Shown: positions 29,729 to 40,546 of the stretch, piece by piece
Numbering within the stretch: the stretch's first letter is position 1
Layout: the number at the start of each line of letters is the position of its first letter
NCBI GenBank assembly: GCA_963789265.1
Contig: CAWBKB010000006.1
Location: 288,001-352,000 of the forward strand
Direction of reading: 5' to 3'
DNA length: 64,000 bases
From: an uncultured delta proteobacterium
Lineage (GTDB): Bacteria; Desulfobacterota; Desulfomonilia; Desulfomonilales; Desulfomonilaceae
Position numbers and translations under genes: made by a program
The notes under the pieces: model-generated
Told to the model about the DNA's origin: nothing
The model's database searches: none
What the model saw: the letters and a program-made list of their open reading frames with translations, nothing else

Positions 29729-29995
29729 TTTTCCCCTCGCCAAGTACATATACAACTCATCACACAGGGTGTTTACCGCCAAAGCTTAGTGGGTGCCCGC
29801 AAGAGGACAGATACAAGGTCCGCCCCTACAGAATTTAGTAAATCGAGTACTTATCACCAGCCACGGCAGGCCGGGTCCCTCCATGACATGCATTCATGTC
29901 CGCTTCCAGGGCAGGGCGCAGCATGGTGCGCCCACGCCAAAACGAAAGAAAGCACGAAAGTTGATGCAGTTCACTATGGCACGTGCTGCCTGGCA

Positions 29996-31501
29996 TCATC
30001 TGCACTCGGTAATCTTTGTGGGCACTTGCGAGCGCTCGACACTAAAGTCCTCTTTGATGAGAGCCTCTCTAATCCCAGCGTATCTCACGAGCGCGGCCAG
30101 AGCAGTTATCGCTCTTTCGGGGCTGGGGAGCACCGGAACGCCCTTGTCTTGAAGTTCCCGAACAAACGGCTCCTCCCGGGTGCAAAACGAGGCTCCGACC
30201 AGCGGTTTTCCGTACCGACCGGAGAATCCGGCAATGACTGCACACTGGCTACTGATGAAATCTCCGGCCATGTCCACTGCCTTCCCGGCTCCCGCTCCCA
30301 TGGCTTGGAGAGCTCTAGCCACGCGCTGGATCGGTATCAACAAATACATGAACAAATTGTCTATATTCGGGTCCTGCAAAAGAATTCGCGGCATCGCTTC
30401 CATGTAGTCGTCGGGATTACGATTGAACGTAAGATCAACAGGATTGCCTATGCTGGCGGTGTGCGGGACCAATGCGGCCAGCCCCTCGCGTGTCTCAGAA
30501 GAGAGAATGGGCAACGTCAGACCGTTTCGTTCCGCTGCATCCGCAGCCGCGGCGCCGGGCCCTCCGGAGTGAGTGAGCACGGCCAGCCCATTACCTTTTG
30601 GCACCGGTTGAGTACCCAGCACGCAGCACATGTCAAAGAGCTCCTCAACCGATCTGGCACGAATGATGCCGCATTGCCTGAAAATTCCATCATAAAGAGG
30701 ATCCGGTCCTGCGAGAGCCCCGGTGTGTGAAAGGGCGGCTCGTTTTCCTGATTCCGAGCCTCCAATATAGTACGCGACGATAGGCTTTCTCTTTGACACT
30801 TCTTGTGCGATTCGAACGAATTCCCGGCCGCGCCTGACTCCTTCTATGTACAGCGCGATGACCTTCGTGTTGGGGCATTGTCCGAGGTATTCCAGGCAGT
30901 CCGTAATGTCTATCATCGCCTCGTTTCCGACGCTGATTCCCTGGCTGAAGCCTAGACCGAACTTCTCCAGATGAATGAAGACTTGAGTGATGAAACTCCC
31001 ACTTTGGGAGGCCATGCCTATGAATCCGGGCGCGGCTTCGTAAGGGAAGAAGGTAGTATTCAGTTTCGCGTATGGGTTGACTACTCCGATGCAGTTAGGG
31101 CCTATGAAGTGAATACCGTACTTGCGGGCAATATCCACTATGCGGTTCTGAAGCTCTTGCCCGTCCGAGCCCTTTTCTCCGAAGCCCGCGGAAACTATGA
31201 TGGCTCTCTTCACCCCATATTTACCGCATTGCTCCAAAATGTCCGGCACCACTTTTGTTGGAAGGACCAGAACCGCGAGATCCACGGGCCCGGGTACATC
31301 TTTCAGGTGGGGATATGCTCTGAGGCCCAGAACTTCCGTTTCTCGGGGGTGCATCGGGTACACCGGTCCTTCAAATCCCAGGGCAAGCATTTGAGATAAC
31401 TGGACGGTTCCCATCCCCATTGGATTACTGGAAGCCCCCCAAAAAGCCACGCTAGCCGGATGCATAATTCGGTAAAGCGGGCTCTGTTCAATATTGTCCA
31501 T
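29996..31501 (-). CDS. NDP-forming acyl-CoA synthetase alpha-like subunit (CoA-binding protein)
   Basis: GAS, IGPNCIG, SQSGS, catalytic SHTGALAG, SGGPG and NPVDL motifs; no ATP-grasp domain. Confidence 0.88.
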   Translation of the reverse strand: MDNIEQSPLYRIMHPASVAFWGASSNPMGMGTVQLSQMLALGFEGPVYPMHPRETEVLGLRAYPHLKDVPGPVDLAVLVLPTKVVPDILEQCGKYGVKRAIIVSAGFGEKGSDGQELQNRIVDIARKYGIHFIGPNCIGVVNPYAKLNTTFFPYEAAPGFIGMASQSGSFITQVFIHLEKFGLGFSQGISVGNEAMIDITDCLEYLGQCPNTKVIALYIEGVRRGREFVRIAQEVSKRKPIVAYYIGGSESGKRAALSHTGALAGPDPLYDGIFRQCGIIRARSVEELFDMCCVLGTQPVPKGNGLAVLTHSGGPGAAAADAAERNGLTLPILSSETREGLAALVPHTASIGNPVDLTFNRNPDDYMEAMPRILLQDPNIDNLFMYLLIPIQRVARALQAMGAGAGKAVDMAGDFISSQCAVIAGFSGRYGKPLVGASFCTREEPFVRELQDKGVPVLPSPERAITALAALVRYAGIREALIKEDFSVERSQVPTKITECR

Positions 31502-31559
31502 ATATCAAACCTCCAGCGGACACGCTTTCTGCCTTGTTCTCCAGCCGGCTGCCACATTC

Positions 31560-31835
31560 CTATTGCCTCGTCCGGACGCTTTGCTGCTCTTCACCGGGAC
31601 CGTAGCTCGGCAAGAACAAAGTGAGAAGGAACAAGACCAGCCACCAGACCGCGTATCCCGCCATGACCGCAAACATGGCTACCGGCGCGAGAGCGATCGA
31701 TACGAAGACAAGCAGTTCGTTGTCCGGATAAAATCCGCCGAAAATAAGTAACATTATTGCCGCAACAAACGCTATGACCGTCATGGCCGCGCCCGCGGCA
31801 AGGGCTATGATCTGCCGGGCGTTCATGTTCGCCAT
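31560..31835 (-). CDS. Small hydrophobic membrane protein
   Basis: Two to three hydrophobic segments; start approximate. Confidence 0.5.
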   Translation of the reverse strand: MANMNARQIIALAAGAAMTVIAFVAAIMLLIFGGFYPDNELLVFVSIALAPVAMFAVMAGYAVWWLVLFLLTLFLPSYGPGEEQQSVRTRQ

Positions 31836-32031
31836 GTTATCATTGATCGAACGAGAAAGGTAACGTCTGGGGAATTTGTGCGCACTCTTTTTTCGTGGGA
31901 GAGACTGCAATAATTGTTTATGCCGGTGAATCGTTTCCTTCCGAGACGCATCCCAGGTACCAGGATTTGTGATCTTTGAACCCGGAAAAATGAGAATGTG
32001 TAAGCATTCTTCTAAATTGCGGGAGAAAGAA

Positions 32032-32805
32032 ATGTTGACTCTGTTTTTTTTGACATTGGCCGCGTTGATCCCGGCCGTAGCTTTTGCAGAAATCCGGAGC
32101 GCAACAATTGACTATAAGAGCCAGGGCACCCTACTGGAAGGGTATGTTGCTTTGAACAAGGGTTTCGAAGGAAAGCGGCCAGGTGTTTTGGTAGTCCCCG
32201 ACTGGATGGGAGTCAGTGAGCATTACAAAAAAATTGCTGACAAACTGGCGGACTTGGGTTTTGTGGCATTTGTCGTAGACGTGTACGGAAAGGGCGTGCG
32301 ACCCAAGAATGCCGATGAAGCCGCTGAAGAAGCCAACAAATATAAGTCGGATCGCGAGCTCATGAGGCAACGGATCCGGGCCGCGCTCGAAGAATTGAAG
32401 AAAGACCCGAACGTCGATCCGGGCCGGATCGCGGCTATGGGCTATTGTTTCGGAGGCACGGTTGCGCTGGAGCTGGCACGCAGCGGAGCCCCGATTCGTG
32501 GGGTTGTCACCTTCCACGGCGGACTGGACACTCCTGACCCGGAGGATGCAAAGAAGATCAAAGGCAAAGTGTTGATTCTGCATGGCGCGGACGACCCGCT
32601 CGTGCCTCCGAAACAAGTGGCGGCTTTCGAGGATGAGATGCGAAAGGGCGGAGTAGATTATCAGATAGTGATCTATGGCGATGCTGTCCATTCCTTCACC
32701 ATCCCTTCCGCCGGCACAGACAAATCAAAGGGAATTGCCTACAATGAGAAAGCCGACAAGCGATCTTGGGAGGCTATGAAGATCTTTTTCAAGGAGATTT
32801 TTTAA
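32032..32805 (+). CDS. Dienelactone hydrolase family protein, exported
   Basis: GYCFGG nucleophile, HGADDP and VHSF motifs; N-terminal signal peptide. Confidence 0.92.
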   Translation: MLTLFFLTLAALIPAVAFAEIRSATIDYKSQGTLLEGYVALNKGFEGKRPGVLVVPDWMGVSEHYKKIADKLADLGFVAFVVDVYGKGVRPKNADEAAEEANKYKSDRELMRQRIRAALEELKKDPNVDPGRIAAMGYCFGGTVALELARSGAPIRGVVTFHGGLDTPDPEDAKKIKGKVLILHGADDPLVPPKQVAAFEDEMRKGGVDYQIVIYGDAVHSFTIPSAGTDKSKGIAYNEKADKRSWEAMKIFFKEIF

Positions 32806-32838
32806 AGCCTTAGCCTTTTGAGGCTAGAGAGGCGGACG

Positions 32839-33495
32839 ATGAAAACATCACTCGTACTTGTGCTGCTCGCGGTTTTGTGCGTCGCAGCGTTCACGGCTGC
32901 GGCTTCGCAAACTCAGAAACAGGAAGCGCCCGGAGTTCACTGGCTGACTGACCTTGGGGCCGGACTGAAGCAAGCCAAATCAGAGAACAAGCCGGTACTG
33001 GTCGACTTCTTTAATCCCAACTGACTGGGTTGCCAAAAAATGGATGCGGTTACGTATTCAAACAAAACGGTTGCTGAATTTATCAACACAAATATGATCC
33101 CGGTACGCGTCCCGCACAATCAAAAACCGTTGGCGGAAAATTTCAAGGTCAAGTGGACCCCCACCGTGATAACGCTGGACCGGGACGGCACGGAACGACA
33201 GCGTACAATCGGATTCCTTCCTCCCTCGGCACTGATTCCCTCTCTGATGTTGGGGATTGGAAAGACCCGCTTGGATAGAGGAGAATTCGCTCAAGCGATC
33301 CCCGAGTTTAAACAGGTTGTTGCGAAATATCCTACGAGTGACTTCGCACCGGAGGCAGTGTTCTATTTGGGTGTCGCGCAGTTCAAGAGCACACACGATC
33401 CGAAGTTTCTGAGGAAGGCGTATGATACACTAGCGGCACAATACCCAAAAAGTGAGTGGGCGACAAAAGCTTCACCTTACAGTTCGATCAAATGA
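32839..33495 (+). CDS. Exported thioredoxin-fold selenoprotein (UxxC) with C-terminal TPR
   Basis: The two ORF-track pieces are in frame across TGA 33022-33024: KPVLVDFFNPN-U-LGCQKMDAVTY; WTPT cis-Pro motif; downstream SECIS-like hairpin. Confidence 0.85.
33041..33060 (+). promoter_or_regulatory. Putative bacterial SECIS element
   Basis: Stem UGGAUGCG / CGUAUUCA (8 bp including 2 GU pairs), loop GUUA starting 24 nt after the UGA. Confidence 0.65.
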
Positions 33496-33555
33496 TCTAC
33501 GGCAGTCAGGGCGCTTTTCAGAGGTAGTCCGCAGCCACAAGCTGGGCAGTACCTC

Positions 33556-33766
33556 TTATGCATAATCATACACGGGAGTCTCGATCACTCTGTCGGGCTG
33601 TTTCCTACTCTTGATAATAGCCTGGATGTGGTCCACCGTTTCAGGCGAGAAGGTACTGCTCACCCGTTTCCTTGCACACGCGTGCAGGAACGTTTCCCAC
33701 TATGTAGACTTTGCCACCATGTTCCAGTGTGTAAGTAACTTTGGTATCCACCATTGTTTCTTTCAT
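33556..33766 (-). CDS. YgiT-type zinc-finger-like antitoxin (apparent +1 frameshift near 33652)
   Basis: Manual translation MKETMVDTKVTYTLEHGGKVYIVGNVPARVCKETGEQY|FSPETVDHIQAII...IETPVYDYA; directly follows DUF4258. Confidence 0.7.
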
Positions 33767-33784
33767 TCTGGATATCCCTTCATC

Positions 33785-34096
33785 TCACTTTCTGATCCGA
33801 AAATCGATCCACAGATTGGGATCAGGGTCGTACAGGGTGATGATCTTGTCAACAGGCCTGCTCGGATAGCTGCACTGAATGTGCAATGGCCTGCCAGCTT
33901 TCGTGTAGCCAAGGATTAGACAACTGGGGCCATACTTATCCTTAGGATAGTCTTCAATTATTTCATTTTCCCCACTAATTGCCTCCTCCACCTCCGTTGC
34001 GCTTATGTCCCGAATGATGCTTTGATCGACAGAATGTTTGGAAAATTCATAGCTGCGCCTCATAAGCTTTACGCGGATTTGTTGTATCAGTGCCAT
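33785..34096 (-). CDS. DUF4258-domain protein (putative toxin)
   Basis: FSKHSVDQ...EIIEDYPKDKYGPSCLILG...RPLHI...IITLYDPDPNLWIDFRIR. Confidence 0.85.
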   Translation of the reverse strand: MALIQQIRVKLMRRSYEFSKHSVDQSIIRDISATEVEEAISGENEIIEDYPKDKYGPSCLILGYTKAGRPLHIQCSYPSRPVDKIITLYDPDPNLWIDFRIRK

Positions 34097-34128
34097 GACA
34101 AGATATTATCAACTCCGGCGGGTTGTTA

Positions 34129-34245
34129 TCATTGGTCCGAAGCTTGACAGCCCTCCTTAACCATCCATGACGGCAGGCCGCTGCCGGTCGCATCGGCGTA
34201 CAGGGTCTCCGGGGCCACATCGACTTCATTTGACCATGTCAAGGT
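34129..34245 (-). pseudogene. C-terminal remnant of a DUF2442-like protein
   Basis: TLTWSNEVDVAPETLYADATGSGLPSWM... without a start codon. Confidence 0.55.
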
Positions 34246-34321
34246 GCACCGCCTGATGCCCGAGATCTCGAAGGAATGTCACAGTCTTGGGTGAAATACC
34301 CATGTCGGCCAAGAATGTCAT
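34226..34321 (-). pseudogene. N-terminal remnant of a DUF5615 PIN-like toxin (31 aa)
   Basis: MTFLADMGISPKTVTFLRDLGHQAVHL..., ATG overlapping the DUF433 stop; ends prematurely. Confidence 0.7.
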
Positions 34322-34554
34322 CACGAGGCCAGATCAACAGGATGCACACTTTCTTCGGCCAGCCATGCCGCAAATTGAAGTGCCTGGCGAATGTCCTCGG
34401 ACTCCAAATAAGGATAGTCCTCGATGATCTCAGCCGCGCTCATCCCATTGGCAACCAAATTGACGACAAGGGATACGGTGACACGCATGCCGCGAATGCA
34501 TGCCTTGCCGCCCATTACGCGCTGGTCAAATGTGATGCGTTCGAATTCCAACAT
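34321..34554 (-). CDS. DUF433-family antitoxin
   Basis: RITFDQRVMGGKACIRGMRVTV...GMSAAEIIEDYPYLESEDIRQAL; GGAGG RBS. Confidence 0.9.
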   Translation of the reverse strand: MLEFERITFDQRVMGGKACIRGMRVTVSLVVNLVANGMSAAEIIEDYPYLESEDIRQALQFAAWLAEESVHPVDLAS

Positions 34555-34977
34555 TAGAAGCCTCCAGCATTCCACGGATGCAATTTCAAACATAATAACA
34601 CACTCATGGGATAGGGCGGAACCAGAATTGCGAGAATTACCGCCAGGCGATCATGTTGCCCCGCTTAAGAACTCTTGATGTGGCGACTGAAACGCCCAAG
34701 CAATTCGCGTTTCTCGCGGATTGCGCGTGGCTGGGGATTGTTTGATCCTCGCAATTACAGTCTCTGTCCGCGAGAATCAATGATTATTCGAGGACCCACT
34801 CTTCTACCGACCAGCAAAATGATGTAATATTCATATAATAATGCTAGAGCCTCAGCATTCATGAATGATGCGCTCGATAATATGTTTTAACTATGTGATC
34901 GGCCGAGGATCCCTCGGCTGTCGTCGTTTTTCGGCTACAAAAATCCATGCACCTCAAGGAGCCTGACCGCTCATAAG

Positions 34978-37487
34978 ATGAATAACCATGCGTCTATAAA
35001 GCCTTCTCGCTCTGCAACAGAATTGGAAAGATTGCTGCTAAGCGTACAAAAGCCAGTGCGATATCTCGGTCACGAAGTGAACGCGGTACGAAAGGACCCG
35101 GGAAAGGTGAAGCTGCGGATTGGCCTCGCATTTCCTGATGTTTACGAAGTGGGAATGTCTCACCTCGGTTTGAAGATTCTGTACTCCATCGTGAATGCGG
35201 TCCCGGATTTGTATGCGGAGCGCGTTTTTGCTCCGTGGCCCGACATGGAAGCGCTGATGCGGAGGGAGCAGATCCCTCTGACAACACTGGAAACCGGAAC
35301 CCCCGTGGCGGAGTTGGATCTCCTGGGCTTTTCCCTTCAGTACGAACTCTGTGCCACAACAGTTCTCCAGATGCTTGATCTTTCCGGTATTCCTTTACAT
35401 TCCGCGGATCGGCGGCGCTACGATCCGTTCGTGGTTGGAGGTGGACCAGGGGCATTCAATCCTCTTCCGCTGGCTCCTTTTTTCGACGCATTTGCCATCG
35501 GCGACGGCGAGGAAGTTATTCTGGAACTCGCCACAACCCTGACCAAGTGGAAAGAGGAAGGAGGCTCGCGTGAAGATCTTCTTCGCGAATGGAAGAAGAT
35601 CCCCGGCGTGTTCGTTCCTTCCCTGTACTCGCCCGGTGATACTGTCTGTCGGCGCATCACATCCGAGCTTGACGAGACGAATTTCCCGTCACAGCTTGTG
35701 GTCCCTTTCTGTGAGACCGTCCACGACCGAATCGGTATTGAGATCGCTCGCGGTTGCACGCGAGGCTGCCGTTTTTGCCAGGCCGGAATGCTTTATCGGC
35801 CGGTACGGGAGAGGCAAGCCGAAACTATACTGAATGTTGCTCGGAATAATATCGCTTGTTCCGGCTGGGATGAAGTCAGCCTGTTGTCTCTGTCCGCCGG
35901 GGACTATTCCTCCATCGGTGGCCTGATCAAGCAAATGAGCGATGATTTCGGGCCGGACAAGGTGGCTCTGTCCCTTCCGTCACTGCGAACGGATACCTTT
36001 GATAGAGAAATTGGGGAGCATATCCGCAAGGTCCGCAAAACAGGCTTCACATTGGCACCGGAGGCCGGAACCGACAGACTTCGCCGGATAATTAACAAGG
36101 GAAATAACGAAGAAGACTTGGAGCGCGCCGTCACCACAGCATTTGAGCTGGGCTGGCAGTCGATAAAGCTCTACTTCATGGTCGGCCTTCCCCACGAGTC
36201 GGATGAAGATCTGGACGGGATTATAGGCTTGATTCGGAAAGCCTCGAAGTGGGCGCGCGGGGGAAGATCACCGCGTCAGTCTCCACCTTTGTTCCGAAGC
36301 CGCACACTCCGTTCCAGTGGGCAGGCCAGATTTCTATCGAGGAAACCATCCGCCGTCAGCAGTACATTCGCCGATACTTTCAGAAGGGCAGAGCCAAGGT
36401 GAAATTCCACACACCTCTGATTTCCTTTCTGGAAGGGATTATAGCCAGAGGAGACGAATGTCTGTGTACGGCGATTGAAAGTGCATTTAACAAGGGAGCC
36501 AGACTTGACGGCTGGAATGAGCACTTCAAGTTCGGCCTCTGGATGGAAGCTTTCGAGGAAGCGGGAATTGATGCAGAAAGATACCTCAATCCTAGAGAGG
36601 TCGGCGGCAAGCTCCCCTGGGATTTCATCGAGACGGGAATCAATCCTCAATACCTGGAAGAGGAGTGGCAAAACGCCTTGGCCGAGCAACTCACTCCGGA
36701 CTGTCGGCGCGGAGATTGCACTGGGTGCGGCGTATGCGATTTCGATAAGATCCGACACAGGTTGGCTGAGCCTTTGCGGCCCAATATCTCTGCCGAATTG
36801 CCGTCAAATGCTGCCGCCATGGAAGCCGTTGTACGCCGACTCAGGCTCCGCTACGCAAAAGCGGGCCGCATGAGGCTTCTCGGCCACCACGACCTTGTCA
36901 GACTCTTCCACCGGACTTTTCGCAGGACCGGGATGAGGCTGGATTATTCCCGGGGGTTTCACCCGCACCCAAAGCTGAGGTTTTCACCTCCCCTCGCGGT
37001 CGGTTTGGAAAGTACGGCGGAATACCTGGATTTCGACCTGGTCAATAGCAGCTTAGACGCAACGGACATCCTGGAGGCTCTCAAACAGGCCCTGCCGAAA
37101 GGCATAGATCCCTTATCTCTCGACGAAATATCGTTGAATGATCCACCGGTTTCTGCTAAAATCCAACAGGTTACATACGAAATTACGTTCTTGAATTCAG
37201 TATCACCCGAGGAAATATTGCGCCGTCTTGAAGAGTTCAAGGCTTCGCCCGTCTTCGAGGTCGTTACCGAACATAAAGGCAAATCAAGGAAGCGCAATTT
37301 GAAAGAATGGGTATATGATCTAGCGCTTGCCGACGGCAAATTAAGAATAACACTTCGCAGCGGAGTTTCCGGGTCGGTGCATCCCGTAGCAGCGGTTGCA
37401 GCAGTGCTGGGCCTGAGTAGAGAGACCGTCAGGAATCAAGATATAGTCAAGATGTCCGTCGCGTTGGGCATGTCTTCAGGATTGTGA
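34978..37487 (+). CDS. TIGR03960-type B12-binding radical SAM protein fused to a TIGR03936/DUF2344 domain (apparent frameshift in the G-run near 36260)
   Basis: FPDVYEVGMSHLG, CTRGCRFC and APEAGT; second frame continues FVPKPHTPFQW, CTGCGVC and GFHPHPKLRFSPPL. Confidence 0.88.
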
Positions 37488-39031
37488 TGAGAGTCTCCAC
37501 TATAGCCAGTGAGATCGTGATCAACATCACTGAGCGGGAAACCCGCTTGGCGCTCATTGAAAACGGTCAGGTCGCGGAAATCCATCTGGAGCGCAAAGGC
37601 GAGCGGGGGATTGTCGGGAACATTTACAAAGGGCGTGTGATAAAGGTCCTTCCCGGCATGCAGGCCGCTTTTGTGGACATCGGCTTGCCGCGCGCCGCTT
37701 TCCTCTATGTGGGAGACGTCCATCTCCACATCCAGGACCTTAATTTTATGGTGAACGAAGAAGAGGACGAGGAGTCGGGGGAAGAGGCTGATGCTATCCA
37801 GGAGGGTATTCCCGAGCATCTGCCACCCATTACCCCCATTGAAGACCTCTTGCAAGAGGGAGAGGACATACTTGTCCAGATTTCCAAGGAACCGCTGGGA
37901 AGCAAAGGGGCCCGCATAACATCTCATGTATCCATACCCGGGCGACATCTCGTGTTCATGCCCACAGTGGATCACGTGGGGATCTCGCGAAGGATAGAGG
38001 ACGAGGCTGAACGCCAGAGGCTCAGGGATATCATCGCGCGTATCAAACCCCCTTCCTGCGGAATCATCGTGCGAACCGTCAGCGAGCATGAGAACCTGGA
38101 AAAGTTGGAAGTGGACCTGACCTTCCTTCAAGGAACCTGGCGGCGCATCCTGGAAAAGGAGAAGAAGGTCCCGGCCCCCTCGTTGATATACGAGGATCTT
38201 GACCTCTGCCTGCGGGGAGTGCGTGACCTATTTACGGAAGACGTGTCTCGCCTTGTCGTGGATTCCGAGGAGCACTACCACCGCATCCTCGACTTTATGG
38301 AAACGTTCATGCCCTCGTTGAAGCCATGCGTTGAACTTTACGACGGGGACGAGCCCATTTTTGATTTCTTCGGTATCGAGATGGAGCTCAACAAGGCACT
38401 TGGAAGAAAGGTTTGGCTAAAGTCGGGAGGATATATCAATATTGACTTCACAGAGGCCCTGGTGGCGATTGACGTAAATACAGGCCGCTACGTGGGCAAG
38501 CGAAACCTTCAGGAAACTATACTCAAGACCAACCTTGAAGCTGTCAAAGAGATAGCTTATCAGCTTCGCCTCAGAAACATCGGTGGAATTATCATTGTTG
38601 ATTTTATCGACATGGACAGGTCGGTGGATCGAGAAAAGGTGTCTAATGCTTTGCAGGAGGCATTGAGAAGAGACAAGCAAAAAACCAATATACTGAAAAT
38701 TTCCGAATTGGGCCTTGTCCAGATGACTCGAAAGCGAACACGAGAAAGCCTTACCAGGACCTTATGTGAACCATGCCCCTACTGTGAAGGCAAGGGGTTC
38801 ATCAAATCCCAAACAACTGTGTGCTACGAGATCCTACGTGCTATTTCCAGAGGGATAACAGATGAGTATTCGTCCTGCATCCGTGTCACTGCACATCCGG
38901 AAGTAGTGAAGCTGCTATTTGAGCAGGAAAGCGACCAACTGGAATCGATACAAGGACAGTACAATACGAAGATCCAGCTAAATCCGGATCCCAACCTATA
39001 CCAGGAACAATACGAAATTGTGAACTGCTGA
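37484..39031 (+). CDS. rng: Ribonuclease G/E family
   Basis: S1 domain GNIYKGRV, DVNTG, LRNIGGIIIVDFIDM and CPYCEGKG motifs. Confidence 0.93.
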   Translation: MMRVSTIASEIVINITERETRLALIENGQVAEIHLERKGERGIVGNIYKGRVIKVLPGMQAAFVDIGLPRAAFLYVGDVHLHIQDLNFMVNEEEDEESGEEADAIQEGIPEHLPPITPIEDLLQEGEDILVQISKEPLGSKGARITSHVSIPGRHLVFMPTVDHVGISRRIEDEAERQRLRDIIARIKPPSCGIIVRTVSEHENLEKLEVDLTFLQGTWRRILEKEKKVPAPSLIYEDLDLCLRGVRDLFTEDVSRLVVDSEEHYHRILDFMETFMPSLKPCVELYDGDEPIFDFFGIEMELNKALGRKVWLKSGGYINIDFTEALVAIDVNTGRYVGKRNLQETILKTNLEAVKEIAYQLRLRNIGGIIIVDFIDMDRSVDREKVSNALQEALRRDKQKTNILKISELGLVQMTRKRTRESLTRTLCEPCPYCEGKGFIKSQTTVCYEILRAISRGITDEYSSCIRVTAHPEVVKLLFEQESDQLESIQGQYNTKIQLNPDPNLYQEQYEIVNC

Positions 39032-39133
39032 TTTATCCCTTCCTGCCTAGCCTCCTGCGATAACATCGCCAAATAACAGACCAGTTTGCCTAACATTCCT
39101 CATCTGAGCGCACGTCCGCATGCGACGGGAAGA

Positions 39134-40294
39134 TCAATGCGCGACACGCGAAAGTTCTAGGCAGCGACCGATAATCATCCGTTGCACTTCTGAAGTTCCT
39201 TCCACGATCTGCAGGATTTTGGCACTCTTGAAATACCTGGACACGGGATATTCCTCCATAAAGCCATAGCCCCCATGGATTTGGAGCGCGTCGCTCGCCA
39301 CCCGTTCAGCCATTTCAGATGCAAACAGCTTTGCCGCTGCAGCTTCAAAAGTGTGATCTCTCCCCATCTCTTTCAACCAGGCAGACTTGAGATACATATT
39401 GCGGGCCAGTTCTATAGCTACCGCCATGTCAGCCAACTTGAACTGAATTGCCTGGAAATCGAAAATCGGCCGTCCGAACTGCATCCGTTGTTTTGCGTAG
39501 AGCAGTGCATTGTCGAGGCATGCCTGGGCAAGGCCCACAGCCATGGCAGCGAGGGAGATTCTTCCAGTTTCGAGTACCGCGAGGTGCTGTGCAAATCCGC
39601 GCTCAGGATCTCCCAACAGGTTATCTGCGGGAATGCGGCAGTCCTCCAAAATGACCTCATGGGTGGCGCAAGCATGCCATGACATCTTTCTATAGCGCTT
39701 GCCCAGCTTGAATCCGGGAGCGTCTTTCGGCACGATAAAGGTGGAAATGATGTTTCCTTTGTCGTTCTTGCCCGTCTTAGCGGCCACGAGGACCACCGAA
39801 GCGTGATCGAGACCTATATTGGTGATGAACTGTTTCGTTCCGTTCAGTATCCATTCGCCATTTGATGGCACAGCCGTAGTTCTGACCGAAGCGGCATCCG
39901 ATCCCACGTCAGGTTCGGTAAGGCCGAAGGCGCCGATTTTTTCTCCACGAGCGATCGGAACGAGCCATTTCTGCTTTTGCGCTTCTGTACCAAACACCAG
40001 GAGTTCCTGACCGACAATACTCATGGTGACGTCCAGCAGCGCACCCAGTGTGATATCGCCTCTGGAGATCTCTTCGATGCAAATGTGAGCACCTACCCAG
40101 TCTCCTCCGCTTCCCCCATACTCTTCCGGAAAGGGTATTCCCATCATGCCCAAATCGGCCATTTGTTGCATGATGTCGTAAGGGTATTCTCCAGTCGCTT
40201 CCATATGCTCGGATCGAGGGGCGATTACTTCCTCTGCAAAGTCCCGCGCCGTATCCCTCATCATTCGCTGCTCGTCCGTAAGATCAAAGTTCAC
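39134..40294 (-). CDS. Acyl-CoA dehydrogenase
   Basis: FGLTEPDVGSDA, NGTKQFIT, RMQFGRPI, LQIHGGYG and IVEGTSEVQR; GTG start after GGAG. Confidence 0.95.
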   Translation of the reverse strand: MNFDLTDEQRMMRDTARDFAEEVIAPRSEHMEATGEYPYDIMQQMADLGMMGIPFPEEYGGSGGDWVGAHICIEEISRGDITLGALLDVTMSIVGQELLVFGTEAQKQKWLVPIARGEKIGAFGLTEPDVGSDAASVRTTAVPSNGEWILNGTKQFITNIGLDHASVVLVAAKTGKNDKGNIISTFIVPKDAPGFKLGKRYRKMSWHACATHEVILEDCRIPADNLLGDPERGFAQHLAVLETGRISLAAMAVGLAQACLDNALLYAKQRMQFGRPIFDFQAIQFKLADMAVAIELARNMYLKSAWLKEMGRDHTFEAAAAKLFASEMAERVASDALQIHGGYGFMEEYPVSRYFKSAKILQIVEGTSEVQRMIIGRCLELSRVAH

Positions 40295-40546
40295 ATTTAC
40301 TCCGTCGTAAAACCGGTGACCTGCAAAGCAGAACCGCTCGCGAGGGTATGTTTGGCCTGTAGAGCGGGGATTACCGCGCGGCCTTAGCTCAAGCCACCGA
40401 GGAGAGACCGCCGCTCCCATCCGCAGCTTGCAAGTATCACCAAGAGATGGAACCACCAGATGCCAAAACCTCTTTTGCTACACAATCCGGACCACATCCA
40501 GAGTGGAAGACATCTCATGGCATCGAACCCGAGGTCGCTAAAGGCG

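Noticed and set aside
29789..30730. 313-aa plus-strand ORF
   Set aside because: Antisense to the acyl-CoA synthetase subunit and begins inside a REP-like repeat.
34100..34130. attC-like half site (GATAACAACCCGCCGGAGTTGA on the minus strand) in the TA cluster
   Set aside because: No matching right half or GTTRRRY core and no integron integrase in the window.
36249..36270. Programmed ribosomal frameshift in the radical SAM gene
   Set aside because: A single missing G in a homopolymer fits the window-wide indel pattern; no X-XXY-YYZ slippery site.
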